64,000 bases of DNA, from positions 1,540-65,539 of IMG/VR virus record IMGVR_UViG_3300037065_000037; one strand, 5' to 3'. Every line of letters begins with the position of its first letter. The first letter of the stretch is position 1. This document shows positions 1 to 8,616 of this stretch, in pieces. This stretch comes from a virus (taxonomy: Duplodnaviria; Caudoviricetes). A model generated the notes under the pieces. That model saw only the letters and a list, made by a program, of their open reading frames with translations. It was not told the origin of the DNA and did no database searches. Both the position numbers and the translations under genes were made by a program.

Positions 1-240
1 GCGGAGGCGGCGGAGTGGGCGGCGGCGGAGGCGGCGAGGACGGCGGCGGAGGCGGCGGCGGCGAAGTGGATGGCGGCGGCGGCGAGGGCGGCGGCGGAGG
101 CGAAGCGGACGGCGAAGTGGGCGGTGGCGAGGGCGGCGGCGGCGGCGGCGAAGTGGACGGCGGCGGCGGCGAGGGCGGCGGCGGAGGCGCAGAAGGACTT
201 TGATGTCCTCAACATCATCAAAAAGGTCGTCAGCCGATGA
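1..240 (+). CDS. 3' part of an Ala-rich repeat phage protein (frame 1, 5'-truncated by the window edge)
   Basis: Frame 1 is open from base 1: AEAAEWAAAEAART...EAQKDFDVLNIIKKVVSR*. Its TGA (238-240) overlaps the next ATG (ATGA coupling). The poly-Gly track ORF is the shadow frame. Confidence 0.7.
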   Translation, partial: AEAAEWAAAEAARTAAEAAAAKWMAAAARAAAEAKRTAKWAVARAAAAAAKWTAAAARAAAEAQKDFDVLNIIKKVVSR

Positions 241-740
241 AAGCACCCGATTATGTACTTGGCATTGACCCAGGCCTCCACGGCGCGCTAGCGCTGCTCA
301 GTCTCAGCACGCACAAAATCTGCGATATTTGGGACATGCCGACGAGGGAAGGTAAAGTGGACCCGGCGGGCGTGGCCTTGGTCGTTGATATGGCGAAGTC
401 AATAGCCTCCGGCAGGTTGGTGGCGGCCGTTGAGAATGTGAATAGCCGGCCTCATCAGGCCCATGCCTTTTCATTTGGGCTGTCGGTCGGAATCATTCAC
501 GGAGTGCTGGGAAGCTTGGGAATTCCTTTTTGTCTGGTGGCCCCGCAGTCGTGGAAAGGCTCTTTTGGGCTGTGTCGTGTAGGAGCTGAGGCCCAGTCCG
601 GCACCAAGGCGCGAGCGAGAGAACTCGCGTCGCGTCTATGGCCTGAGCACGCCGTGGACTTTAAAAGGGTAATGTATGCAGACAGAGCGGAGGCTGCGCT
701 TATTTCGAGATTTTTTGCGTCGAAGAATAGCTGGATGTAG
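237..740 (+). CDS. RuvC-like Holliday junction resolvase
   Basis: N-terminal VLGIDPG..GA motif, acidic VE, PQSWK helix and C-terminal DRAEAALI. Confidence 0.85.
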   Translation: MKAPDYVLGIDPGLHGALALLSLSTHKICDIWDMPTREGKVDPAGVALVVDMAKSIASGRLVAAVENVNSRPHQAHAFSFGLSVGIIHGVLGSLGIPFCLVAPQSWKGSFGLCRVGAEAQSGTKARARELASRLWPEHAVDFKRVMYADRAEAALISRFFASKNSWM

Positions 741-797
741 AATGGGGTTGTAGGAGTCGTAAGCTCCTGCACATCTCAGGTCTCAGGAGGACCAGCA

Positions 798-1697
798 ATG
801 TCAACCCCAGAACAACATAATAGCACGAATGTCATTCCTGCGAGAACCAAGTCAAGAGATCTCTCGGGGCAGAGATTTGGAAAGCTTCTTGTAGTTGCTA
901 GAGCCGAAGGCACTCGTAAAAGGGATGCCGCTTGGCTATGTGTCTGTGACTGTGGGAAAACGAAGATCGTGGTGGGTTATAGCCTCCTCGGAGGAAGAAC
1001 GAAGTCTTGTGGGAAACACGGTTCAGGGCACAGATTGAAGGACGTAACGGGTCAACGATTCGGAAGACTTGTTGTGGTTCGCCGTTTTGGAAGCAACTCT
1101 AAAAAGTCAGCCACTTGGCTGTGCGCTTGCGATTGTGGCGGCTCTACAATTGTTCCTACCACTCATCTCTTAGACGGTCACACAGCATCATGCGGATGCC
1201 TTTCAAAGGAGAGATTCAGGGCTATGGTTACTCGTCATGGGCAAGCAAGACGGTCTGGTTATAGCGGGGCGTACAGTAGCTGGACGGGCATGATAAAACG
1301 ATGCACAAATCCTAATTTTCGCTTTTGGAAAGATTACGGTGGGCGTGGAATAAAAGTCTGTGATGCTTGGCTGAAATTTGAGAATTTTTACTTATCCATG
1401 AAGGATAGGCCTGAGGGCCTGACCCTAGATAGGACCGATAACAACGGAAACTATGAGCCTGAGAATTGCGAGTGGGTTGGGAGGCGTAGGCAGGCTCAGA
1501 ATCAGCGTCTTCGAGTGGATAATAAGACAGGGGTAAAGGGAGTTACTAGCCCGGGGAGATTAAGATATAAGGCAGGTATTAGTTATGCCGGCAAGAAGAT
1601 CTATTTAGGAAGTTTTCCTTTTACACCAGAAGGCCTTGAAGCTGCCAAGAATGCGCGCCAAATTGCAGAGGAAACGTATTGGGGTGAATCTAGATGA
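798..1697 (+). CDS. HNH-type homing endonuclease with C-terminal AP2-like domain
   Basis: Repeated D(L/V)xGQRFGxLxV..WLCxCDCG..SCG modules; YGGRGIKVC..W..FENF..LTLDR.DNNGNYEPENC core; YKAGI..KKIYLGSF..AA AP2-like tail; AGGAGG SD. Confidence 0.85.
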   Translation: MSTPEQHNSTNVIPARTKSRDLSGQRFGKLLVVARAEGTRKRDAAWLCVCDCGKTKIVVGYSLLGGRTKSCGKHGSGHRLKDVTGQRFGRLVVVRRFGSNSKKSATWLCACDCGGSTIVPTTHLLDGHTASCGCLSKERFRAMVTRHGQARRSGYSGAYSSWTGMIKRCTNPNFRFWKDYGGRGIKVCDAWLKFENFYLSMKDRPEGLTLDRTDNNGNYEPENCEWVGRRRQAQNQRLRVDNKTGVKGVTSPGRLRYKAGISYAGKKIYLGSFPFTPEGLEAAKNARQIAEETYWGESR

Positions 1698-3040
1698 CTC
1701 CTACAGATTTTCGTCCCGAACTTATTCAGCCGTTCCCTTTTCAAATTGAGGATGCGAAATGGCTGGCTTCCAAAGATTCAGCCTTTCTAGCCAATGAGAT
1801 GCGGGTAGGGAAAACACCTGCTGTTATCAGAGCTATCGACATTCTTGGCTTGAAAAATTGTTTGATAATTTGTCCAGCGAGTGTGCGGGCTAACTGGGCT
1901 AGGGAGCTTCAACGGTTCTCCCCGTTTGATCGTCCAACGCAGGTGGTTTTTCCGGGCATGAGGCCTAACACTTCCGATGTAGTTATCATCAGTTACGATA
2001 TGCTTGTGACTTACAAAGACCTTCTTAAATCCGTCCAGTGGGACATTGTCGTGGCAGATGAGGCTCACTTGGCAAAAGAGAGAACTGCTGCGCGCACAAG
2101 GGCTTTGTATGGGCATGGGAAGCGATCTTTGGGCATCATTTCCAGTGCGAAGCGCTGCTGGCGCCTCAGCGGTAGCCCCTGTCCAAATAATGTGTCAGAA
2201 TTATGGCCTCACCTTCACTCCGCTGGTCTGGCGCCGGAGAGTTATTGGGATTTTACATTTTTTTTCTGCTCAGGATTCAACACCGACTATGGCTTTTCGA
2301 TTACAGGCTCGAAGAACGTTAACGAGTTGAAAGCGCGGCTCTCAGGGTTCATGCGTAGGCGCACGCTCGCAGAGGTTATGCCTGATTTACCTCCCGTCAC
2401 ATTCGAGACTGTCACCGTGCCGCGTTCAGAGGCTTGCTTGAGCCCGGAGTTCATTCCACTGATACCTCAGCTTGCGCAGGTTGACCAGGAGTTACAAGTG
2501 GCTTTGTCGGCTATTCCTCTAGATGAGCAGGCTAGTATGATCGAGCGCACGGCGGGCAGTGTGACAACTCTGAGAAGGTTTACGCTGATGCTGAAGCTTC
2601 CTGCAATCGGAGAGCAATTAGAATCTGATTTAGAAAGCGGAGCGATCGACAAGATCGTGATATTTTGTGTGTTCAAAATTGGTGTGGAGTGGATGGCCGC
2701 GCGTCTCAAAAAGTTTGGGGTGGTGACTCTCAACGGGGAGACTCCGGCCAAGAAGCGCCAGGAAAATATTGATCAGTTCAAATACCGAAAAGACACGCGG
2801 GTTTTCATTGGGAATTTGATCGCAGCAGGAGTTGGCATCGATCTCACTCCATGCACTGAATGCGCGCTTCTGGAATGCTCTTACGTCCCTGGGGACAATG
2901 CTCAAGCTGTCAAAAGGCTGCAAGGCGTCAATCAGAAGGCTCCCGTTCGTGTTAGAGTCTTTTCGCTGTTCAAATCCGCAGACGAAAGGGTATCCGAGGC
3001 CCTCGTGCGTAAGGTCAAAGAGCTTGCAAAGATTCTCTAA
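1694..3040 (+). CDS. SNF2-family (SF2) helicase
   Basis: EMRVGKT Walker A variant, DEAH, LSGSP, MRRR and C-terminal AAGVGIDLT. Confidence 0.9.
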   Translation: MTPTDFRPELIQPFPFQIEDAKWLASKDSAFLANEMRVGKTPAVIRAIDILGLKNCLIICPASVRANWARELQRFSPFDRPTQVVFPGMRPNTSDVVIISYDMLVTYKDLLKSVQWDIVVADEAHLAKERTAARTRALYGHGKRSLGIISSAKRCWRLSGSPCPNNVSELWPHLHSAGLAPESYWDFTFFFCSGFNTDYGFSITGSKNVNELKARLSGFMRRRTLAEVMPDLPPVTFETVTVPRSEACLSPEFIPLIPQLAQVDQELQVALSAIPLDEQASMIERTAGSVTTLRRFTLMLKLPAIGEQLESDLESGAIDKIVIFCVFKIGVEWMAARLKKFGVVTLNGETPAKKRQENIDQFKYRKDTRVFIGNLIAAGVGIDLTPCTECALLECSYVPGDNAQAVKRLQGVNQKAPVRVRVFSLFKSADERVSEALVRKVKELAKIL

Positions 3041-3049
3041 AAATACTTC

Positions 3050-3078
3050 TTGACAGCCCAAACAGCATGATGTAGGGT
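3050..3078 (+). promoter_or_regulatory. sigma70-type promoter
   Basis: TTGACA-17 nt-TAGGGT in the intergenic gap. Confidence 0.6.
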
Positions 3079-3097
3079 TATGTCAGTTTTGAACAAC

Positions 3098-3210
3098 GAA
3101 CGGCAGAAAAGAGAGCAGGAGTGCAGGGAACACAAATGATGAGCGAGACTCCAAAGTTGATAGCCGAGTCATTTCCCGATCGCTAATACCTGCTCTCTTT
3201 TCTGCTGTTC
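3098..3210 (+). repeat. 22-bp inverted repeat enclosing a 69-nt structured loop (5' leader)
   Basis: GAACGGCAGAAAAGAGAGCAGG (3098-3119) pairs with CCTGCTCTCTTTTCTGCTGTTC (3189-3210), with one G-U pair. Confidence 0.85.
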
Positions 3211-3235
3211 ACAATTTTGAAAGGCGCATCGAACA

Positions 3236-3865
3236 ATGAACATTCAATTTGACACATCGAATTTTTCTCAGACAGAGGCGCGGGGCCTTATCTCTCTTCT
3301 GGCCACTTTGATTTTGGCTGCCGATCAATTGGCTGAAGCTGTCACTGAGCCAGCCGCCGGTATAGCTCTCGTTCCCACCGCATCACCTGCATCACCTGCA
3401 TCACCCGCATCACCCGCATCACCTGCATCACCCGCATCACCTGCACCTGCATTTCCTGCACAATCGGCTGCGCCAGTGCAGCCCGCGTCGCCTGAGCCTT
3501 CTCCCAGCATCGGCGCTGCAACGCAACATGGCGCCCAGCCTACTCTGGCCGCCCCCGCAATCGAGCAGCCTGCCAAGCGGCATCGCCGCACCAAGGCCGA
3601 GATCGAAGCTGACGAGGCCGCGGCGAAGCAAGCATCAGCAGTTACCGATGTCCCAGCTTCCACGGCCGCCCCTGAGACCAAGACCGTTGAGATCGAGATC
3701 GTCGATGCGGACAAACTGCGCTTCCTGCTGAACGGCTACATTGCCAAGCACTCCATGGAAGAGGCGATCGGCCAGCTTCAGACTTTCGGCTGCAACCGCG
3801 TCACCGAAGCCCTTGCCCTTGATCCTGTAAAGCTGAATGACCTTGCCGGGGCGCTCCGTGGATAG
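3236..3865 (+). CDS. Hypothetical protein with Ala/Pro-rich linker, upstream of DUF2800
   Basis: AAGG SD; KRHRRTKAEI motif and short helical C-terminal domain, as often seen ahead of DUF2800/DUF2815 genes. Confidence 0.7.
   Translation: MNIQFDTSNFSQTEARGLISLLATLILAADQLAEAVTEPAAGIALVPTASPASPASPASPASPASPASPAPAFPAQSAAPVQPASPEPSPSIGAATQHGAQPTLAAPAIEQPAKRHRRTKAEIEADEAAAKQASAVTDVPASTAAPETKTVEIEIVDADKLRFLLNGYIAKHSMEEAIGQLQTFGCNRVTEALALDPVKLNDLAGALRG
3380..3442 (+). repeat. 9-bp tandem repeat (GCATCACCY x7) encoding ASP x7
   Basis: Read directly from the sequence. Confidence 0.9.
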
Positions 3866-4032
3866 CGGGGCCGTTGTCCCCCGCGACTCTGTAGTCCGAT
3901 TTCTTCTCGCGGAGTTTCGCAGGGATTGGGCTCGAAAATTGGAGGGGTGCTCAGATCCAGACTGTCTTTCCTGTCAGCGTAAGAAAGACTTTATTGCCCG
4001 TGTCGACGCGGCATTAGGAGAGGGTGAATCCA

Positions 4033-5259
4033 ATGGCTAGTCCTACTGATCATTCCAAGCTCCCGCCCTCCGGGGCGGAGCGCTGGATGACTTGTCCTGG
4101 CTCGGTCGTTCTGAGCGAGGGGATGCTGGAGAGCGAGTCCGAGTACGCCGAAGAGGGCACCAGGGCGCACGCTATGGCCGAGCGCTGGCTGCTGATGTAC
4201 TTGGCGCAGCATGGATCGCAGCCTACGTTCACAACCCCGGAAGACGTCGAGATGGCCAAGCACGTCAAGGTCTACATCGACGAGTGCATCGGTCTTACAG
4301 GTCCGGGCGTCAAAGTCTTCGTGGAGACGAAGGTCGCGGTGAACGAGGACGTTTACGGGACCGCGGACTTCATTGCGTGGCATCCGGGGCCGCAGATTCT
4401 CTACGTGCGGGATCTGAAGTATGGCGCGGGCGTTGCTGTCGACGTAAGTCGCAACGTTCAGCTCCGTATTTATGCTCTCGCCGCTCTGATGGCTATGAAG
4501 CTTCCGGCGAAGGTCGTGAACATAGGTATCGTTCAGCCACGCTACGACCACCCGGATGGTTTGGTGCGCACCATTGACTTTGATGCTACCGATCTTCTGG
4601 ACCTGTACGCCGACGTGTTGGATGCGGTTACCCTGGTAAACATAGCGAGCGATAAGCGGGACTCAAAGACTTGGGATGCCGATTTTCTGCATCCTTCCGA
4701 GAAGGGTTGCCGGTGGTGCTTGGCCGCGCCCAAGTGCCCGGTGCTCAAGTCAAAGGCTCAGGCTATCGCCAAGCAGGTTTTTGCACCTGTGCCGGAGGGG
4801 GCCGTTCTGTCCCCAGAAAACAAGCTGGTCCTGGCCTATGATCCTCTGGAGCTGGCACGTACGCTTGATTTCCTTCCGATCTTGGAAGCGTGGATCAAGA
4901 ACACACGCGAGTTTGCCTATGGTGAGGCCGAGCGGGGTATTGAGATTCCTGACTACAAGCTGGTTGAGAAGCAGGCTGTCCGCAAGTGGAAAGAGGGGAT
5001 CAATCGGGTCGATCTGGCGCGCGTTCTGCGTGTGCCTATGTGTGATGTTCTGAAGCCTGTCGAGTTGATCAATATTGGCGACGCGGCGAAGATGGCGCCG
5101 GGGAAGAATGCCAAGGAACGGGACGCTGAGCTTGAGCGCTTTGTCGAGCGCAAATCCAGCGGTCATACCTTGGTCCATGTCAGCGACAAGCGCGATCCTG
5201 TTCGAGTGGACGCGAAGGCTGCCTTTGCTCCGGTCACGATTGCGGGGATACTGGAATGA
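4033..5259 (+). CDS. DUF2800 / Cas4-like PD-(D/E)XK exonuclease
   Basis: HSKLPPSGAERWMTCPGS, EGTRAH, YGTAD..DLKYG, QLRIYAL, CRWC..C. Confidence 0.85.
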   Translation: MASPTDHSKLPPSGAERWMTCPGSVVLSEGMLESESEYAEEGTRAHAMAERWLLMYLAQHGSQPTFTTPEDVEMAKHVKVYIDECIGLTGPGVKVFVETKVAVNEDVYGTADFIAWHPGPQILYVRDLKYGAGVAVDVSRNVQLRIYALAALMAMKLPAKVVNIGIVQPRYDHPDGLVRTIDFDATDLLDLYADVLDAVTLVNIASDKRDSKTWDADFLHPSEKGCRWCLAAPKCPVLKSKAQAIAKQVFAPVPEGAVLSPENKLVLAYDPLELARTLDFLPILEAWIKNTREFAYGEAERGIEIPDYKLVEKQAVRKWKEGINRVDLARVLRVPMCDVLKPVELINIGDAAKMAPGKNAKERDAELERFVERKSSGHTLVHVSDKRDPVRVDAKAAFAPVTIAGILE

Positions 5260-6044
5260 GAGAACTTAGCTGGAACGATCTTCAGTGGTGCTTGCGCCGG
5301 TCGCCTAAGTGCCTATTGGAGTTGCTCAAGGAGAAGCCGGGAAAAGTGTTTGTTGGCGGTGGATTCGTTCGCGCTTGCATAGCCAACGAGACTGTCAATG
5401 ATATTGATCTGTTCGTTGGCAGCAAAAATGATGCTTGGGGTATGGCACATTTTCTGGTAGCGAAATTGGCAAACAAGGGCGCGCGGCTGCACGAAACAGA
5501 TAATGCCTTTACCATTCACGGTGCGGGGATACCTATTCAAATTATCCATCGTTGGACGTACACGACTCCAGAACAGCTGATGAAGTCATTCGACTTCACA
5601 ATTGCTATGGCTGGTTTTTGGTGGCGCTCTGCGGAGACCGATGGGGAAGTAGCACAATCTGTGGTGCATCACGTGAATCGTCCAGCGGGATGGCAGTCTA
5701 TTTGCGATGATAGGTTCTACGAGGATCTGGCCGCGAAGCGCTTGCGATACACATCTCCTCAGCGCAATGAGGATGCTGGTGGAAGTTTGCTTCGGGTGCT
5801 GAAATTCTATCAGCGTGGCTATCGGATTCCGTTGGATAGCTTGGGCGCGGTAGTTGCTCGGCTTCAAACGGGCGTGATTACAGAAGCGCTGCATGGGGCT
5901 AAAGGGTCTACCGAAGAAGAAAGGTTAGCGCGAGTTTTGACGGGCTTACTTCATGAGGTCGATCCTAATATCGACCCGGAGCACATAGCCCATCTTCCGT
6001 CGGCAGAAGAATCAGACGAGAAGGCATCAGAAAAAGTTTCGTAA
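5256..6044 (+). CDS. Class II CCA-adding/poly(A) polymerase-like nucleotidyltransferase
   Basis: GGFVR..NDIDLF (DxD), SFDFTI (cf. RRDFTIN), EDL..KRLR, LLRVLKF. Confidence 0.7.
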   Translation: MRELSWNDLQWCLRRSPKCLLELLKEKPGKVFVGGGFVRACIANETVNDIDLFVGSKNDAWGMAHFLVAKLANKGARLHETDNAFTIHGAGIPIQIIHRWTYTTPEQLMKSFDFTIAMAGFWWRSAETDGEVAQSVVHHVNRPAGWQSICDDRFYEDLAAKRLRYTSPQRNEDAGGSLLRVLKFYQRGYRIPLDSLGAVVARLQTGVITEALHGAKGSTEEERLARVLTGLLHEVDPNIDPEHIAHLPSAEESDEKASEKVS

Positions 6045-6081
6045 GGCAAGAGCAACAGCGAGCAGAAACAAGGAGTGGTAA

Positions 6082-6168
6082 ATGGGAGTGCAACTTCTAA
6101 TCGTAGCGGCTTCAGGAATAGCGGGAATCATTCTTGGAATAGTCGCAATTGTGAGGACACAGGAATGA
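6082..6168 (+). CDS. 28-aa hydrophobic micro-protein (not in ORF track)
   Basis: AAGGAG SD; MGVQLLIVAASGIAGIILGIVAIVRTQE; TGA overlaps the next ATG. Confidence 0.6.
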   Translation: MGVQLLIVAASGIAGIILGIVAIVRTQE

Positions 6169-6626
6169 GCGATCACTTCATTTATCGTGACGGAGACGAA
6201 GTAGAAGTCAGCTGGCTGGAATGGAAGCTGGACAATTTACGCCGTTCTGCGGTAGATCTTTGGCGGGGATTTCGTGATACCGATTGGCTACACTACTTTT
6301 GCGAAAACGGACACGGTGACGTAACGTTCAAGGAGTTCAGCGGATTCCGAAAATGCCAAAATGTTGTGGCCGTTTTAGGTCAGTGGACGATCTGTATTAA
6401 AGGTGGAAGGCGTAGGTACTTGGGAGAGTGCTACTACCGCAGCGTCATGTTGCGAGATCCTGAATCAATAATCTGTGCTGTCCACGGAGAAGCCTGTTGG
6501 TCAGATTATGTTAAAAACCGTGTCGCGATGGCAGAGGCTGTCGTGGATCGATACGCTTACCCCAATTGTACTTGCCGCGTAGGATTCCATCGCCGATGTC
6601 CACATCATTTTAGGACACGGGATTAA
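6165..6626 (+). CDS. Hypothetical Cys/His-rich protein
   Basis: ATGA-coupled start MSDHFIY; C-terminal CTC..CPHH. Confidence 0.55.
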   Translation: MSDHFIYRDGDEVEVSWLEWKLDNLRRSAVDLWRGFRDTDWLHYFCENGHGDVTFKEFSGFRKCQNVVAVLGQWTICIKGGRRRYLGECYYRSVMLRDPESIICAVHGEACWSDYVKNRVAMAEAVVDRYAYPNCTCRVGFHRRCPHHFRTRD

Positions 6627-6717
6627 CTAACTTTTTTCGTAAGGCAAGAGCAACAGCTCCCCAGCCGATAACCGATAACGACGATCAACAGCAAACAGAA
6701 ATAAGGAGAGCACTTCG

Positions 6718-7287
6718 ATGAGTGACAATTTGATCACCCCTGAATTTCGTGCCGCTTTTATTAGTGTCTTCAAGGCCACAAGCATGAAGAACGCAGACGG
6801 CTCCGTCAATAAGCCGAAGTACAGCGTCCGTGCTTGCTTCGCCCCCACGGCGAAACTGGACGAGCTCAAGAAGGAAGCCGGGCTCGCCGCCAAGGAGAAG
6901 TGGGGAGACAAGATCCCGAAGACCCTGCGCTCACCCTTCCGGCTGAACGAGGAGCTGGAGAACCCCATCGTCGGCATTGGCGACGATTGGATCATCATGA
7001 GCTTCTCGGCCAACGAGGACCGGCGGCCTGGCATTGTGGATGCCAAGCTGCAGGACATCATGGACGACAGCGACGTATATTCCGGCGCATGGTATCGGGC
7101 TCAGGTTCGCGCCTTTGCCTACGAGAACGCGGGCAACAAGGGCGTCAGCTTTGGTCTGCAGAATGTGCAGAAGCTGAGGGACGACGATCCCTTGGGCAGC
7201 GGCCGTATGCCGGCGTCCAAGGCCTTCGAGCCGGTCGATGTGCCGAACGAAGGCGGAGCGAAGACTGCAACGTCGATCTTCGGATAA
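6718..7287 (+). CDS. DUF2815 / T7 gp2.5-like ssDNA-binding protein
   Basis: PKYS..LRSPFR..RPGIVD..VYSG..GNKGVSFGLQNVQKLRD; strong SD. Confidence 0.9.
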   Translation: MSDNLITPEFRAAFISVFKATSMKNADGSVNKPKYSVRACFAPTAKLDELKKEAGLAAKEKWGDKIPKTLRSPFRLNEELENPIVGIGDDWIIMSFSANEDRRPGIVDAKLQDIMDDSDVYSGAWYRAQVRAFAYENAGNKGVSFGLQNVQKLRDDDPLGSGRMPASKAFEPVDVPNEGGAKTATSIFG

Positions 7288-7308
7288 TTTTGATTTTGAT
7301 TTTGACCG

Positions 7309-7347
7309 CAAGGGGGCCGAGGCTGGATTTGGTCCCCTTGATTTTTT
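7309..7347 (+). terminator. Rho-independent terminator
   Basis: CAAGGGGGCCGA / TTGGTCCCCTTG hairpin followed by ATTTTTT. Confidence 0.75.
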
Positions 7348-7390
7348 GGGACATGGGCCAAGAGGCCTGTCTTGGAATCGAGGGATACTT

Positions 7391-7714
7391 GTGAAATATG
7401 TTTTGGCAGTTATCGCGGTGATCGCTCTTTTCTTCGGCCTGTCATGGGCAGTCGAAGGCAACGATTTCTTCTTGTACAAATACTTTGCCCCGAAACGTGC
7501 GAATGTAGAGCGCGAAGTCTTTGTCAATACCAACAGCTATATTCAGGGCAAGACGGACTATCTTAGCCGTCTTCGGCTTGAATACCAGACCAGCAAAGAC
7601 CCGGACCAAAAGGCTGCGCTGAAGACTTTGATCCTGACCGAAGCATCGAACGTGGATAATTCAAAGCTCCCGGTCGATCTACAGGGGTTCGTTGCGAATC
7701 TCAAGGAGAACTAA
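7391..7714 (+). CDS. Hypothetical membrane-anchored protein
   Basis: GTG start; N-terminal hydrophobic helix. Confidence 0.65.
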   Translation: MKYVLAVIAVIALFFGLSWAVEGNDFFLYKYFAPKRANVEREVFVNTNSYIQGKTDYLSRLRLEYQTSKDPDQKAALKTLILTEASNVDNSKLPVDLQGFVANLKEN

Positions 7715-7715
7715 C

Positions 7716-8246
7716 TTGAAAAAACTGATTTTTCCAATCGTTGCTATGGTGGTCATGTCGTGCTGTGCGTTTGATGATCGGGGATGCGCAGGAACAAAGT
7801 CCGCAGATGAGCAGGTTGCGCAGCAGCAGGAAACGTCGCAACGTCAGCAGGTAGCCCAGACTGGGCTGCCAGGAATCACAAATTACACGGAAGCAAAACT
7901 GGTCAAGCATCTGTACGAGCTTCGTGACCAGAAGATTGTGACGTACACTTATGTCCCGGACATGAATGGAAAGCTGTGGCATTTGTGTAACTCGATTGGC
8001 TACGGACTTCCTTATGGAGTGCAATTCAGCAATCCAGAGAAGGTTACAAAGGACAGCCAGTACGGCTACGGAACGCTGCCTCAGGCCGAGCCGAACGGGC
8101 TTTACATGCCGCCTTCAGCGGAGGGTACGTGGGTGGTGTGTGCCAATCCTAACGGCTCAGGAGATGTGTCCCCTGTGTATGTTGAGCCCCGTGTAATTGT
8201 CAGTCCTTTTAAGTTGCGGTCTGAAGGCGAGTACGCAGCTAAATGA
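7716..8246 (+). CDS. Putative lipoprotein or exported protein
   Basis: AAGGAG SD, TTG start, signal-like MKKLIFPIVAMVVMSCC; CNSIGYGLPY and QAEPNGLY motifs. Confidence 0.7.
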   Translation: MKKLIFPIVAMVVMSCCAFDDRGCAGTKSADEQVAQQQETSQRQQVAQTGLPGITNYTEAKLVKHLYELRDQKIVTYTYVPDMNGKLWHLCNSIGYGLPYGVQFSNPEKVTKDSQYGYGTLPQAEPNGLYMPPSAEGTWVVCANPNGSGDVSPVYVEPRVIVSPFKLRSEGEYAAK

Positions 8247-8336
8247 ATTCGCAGTAGCCATCTTTTTGTCAATTCTTCGTGGGGGCGACGTGTGACGTGC
8301 TGGGTGTCTCTTCGACAGGGACGCAGGTTCAGCGAA

Positions 8337-8528
8337 ATGAAATGCTTTGAAGGCTGCGGCAGAGTCGTTCCCGAAGATCGCCTGACAGAATCGTCCCTTA
8401 GTCGCGTAAGATGCGACGAATGCACTCGAAGAATACTAATCGAGCGGGCTGCAATGTCGCTCGGCGAATTGCGAGTGCATGATCAGGCTATTGTCAGACA
8501 GCAAAATGGAGCGCGGCCAGGACGGTAA
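8337..8528 (+). CDS. Small C4 zinc-finger protein, DksA/TraR-like
   Basis: CFEGCGRVVPEDRL..RCDEC resembles the TraR/DksA CxxCG..IP.ERL..CxxC pattern. Confidence 0.45.
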   Translation: MKCFEGCGRVVPEDRLTESSLSRVRCDECTRRILIERAAMSLGELRVHDQAIVRQQNGARPGR

Positions 8529-8593
8529 TGGAACTGGTTGCTAACCAGCACAGCTTTCGGGCTGACGGTGTTCGACTCACCGGCGCTCCGCCA
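8508..8593 (+). tRNA. tRNA-Ser(GCT)
   Basis: Acceptor GGAGCGC/GCGCTCC, G73, encoded CCA; anticodon arm CTGG-TTGCTAA-CCAG; long variable arm; T arm CGGTG-TTCGACT-CACCG. G at position 8 is atypical. Confidence 0.85.
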
Positions 8594-8616
8594 TTTAAGC
8601 TAAGAAAGAATCCATC

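Larger units (their letters stand above)
6037..6657 (+). repeat. 23-bp exact direct repeat pair (6037-6059 and 6635-6657)
   Basis: TTTCGTAAGGCAAGAGCAACAGC occurs twice, each copy followed by CAGAAAYAAGGAG (SD). Confidence 0.9.

Noticed and set aside
15-203. Poly-glycine ORF in the track
   Set aside because: Shadow frame of the Ala-rich frame-1 CDS, which ends in ATGA coupling at 237-240.
3120-3188. c-di-GMP-II riboswitch or hammerhead ribozyme (AGTGCA and AATGATGA words)
   Set aside because: Elements are in the wrong order with no GGGCAC partner; no CTGANGA/GAAA hammerhead core.
4033-5259. Cas4 as part of a CRISPR system
   Set aside because: It is the usual DUF2800 phage nuclease next to SSB and PolA; no other cas genes or repeat-spacer array were seen.
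8281-8330. tmRNA (starts GGGGGCGA)
   Set aside because: No matching T-arm plus CCACCA 3' end at the expected distance, and no tag frame.
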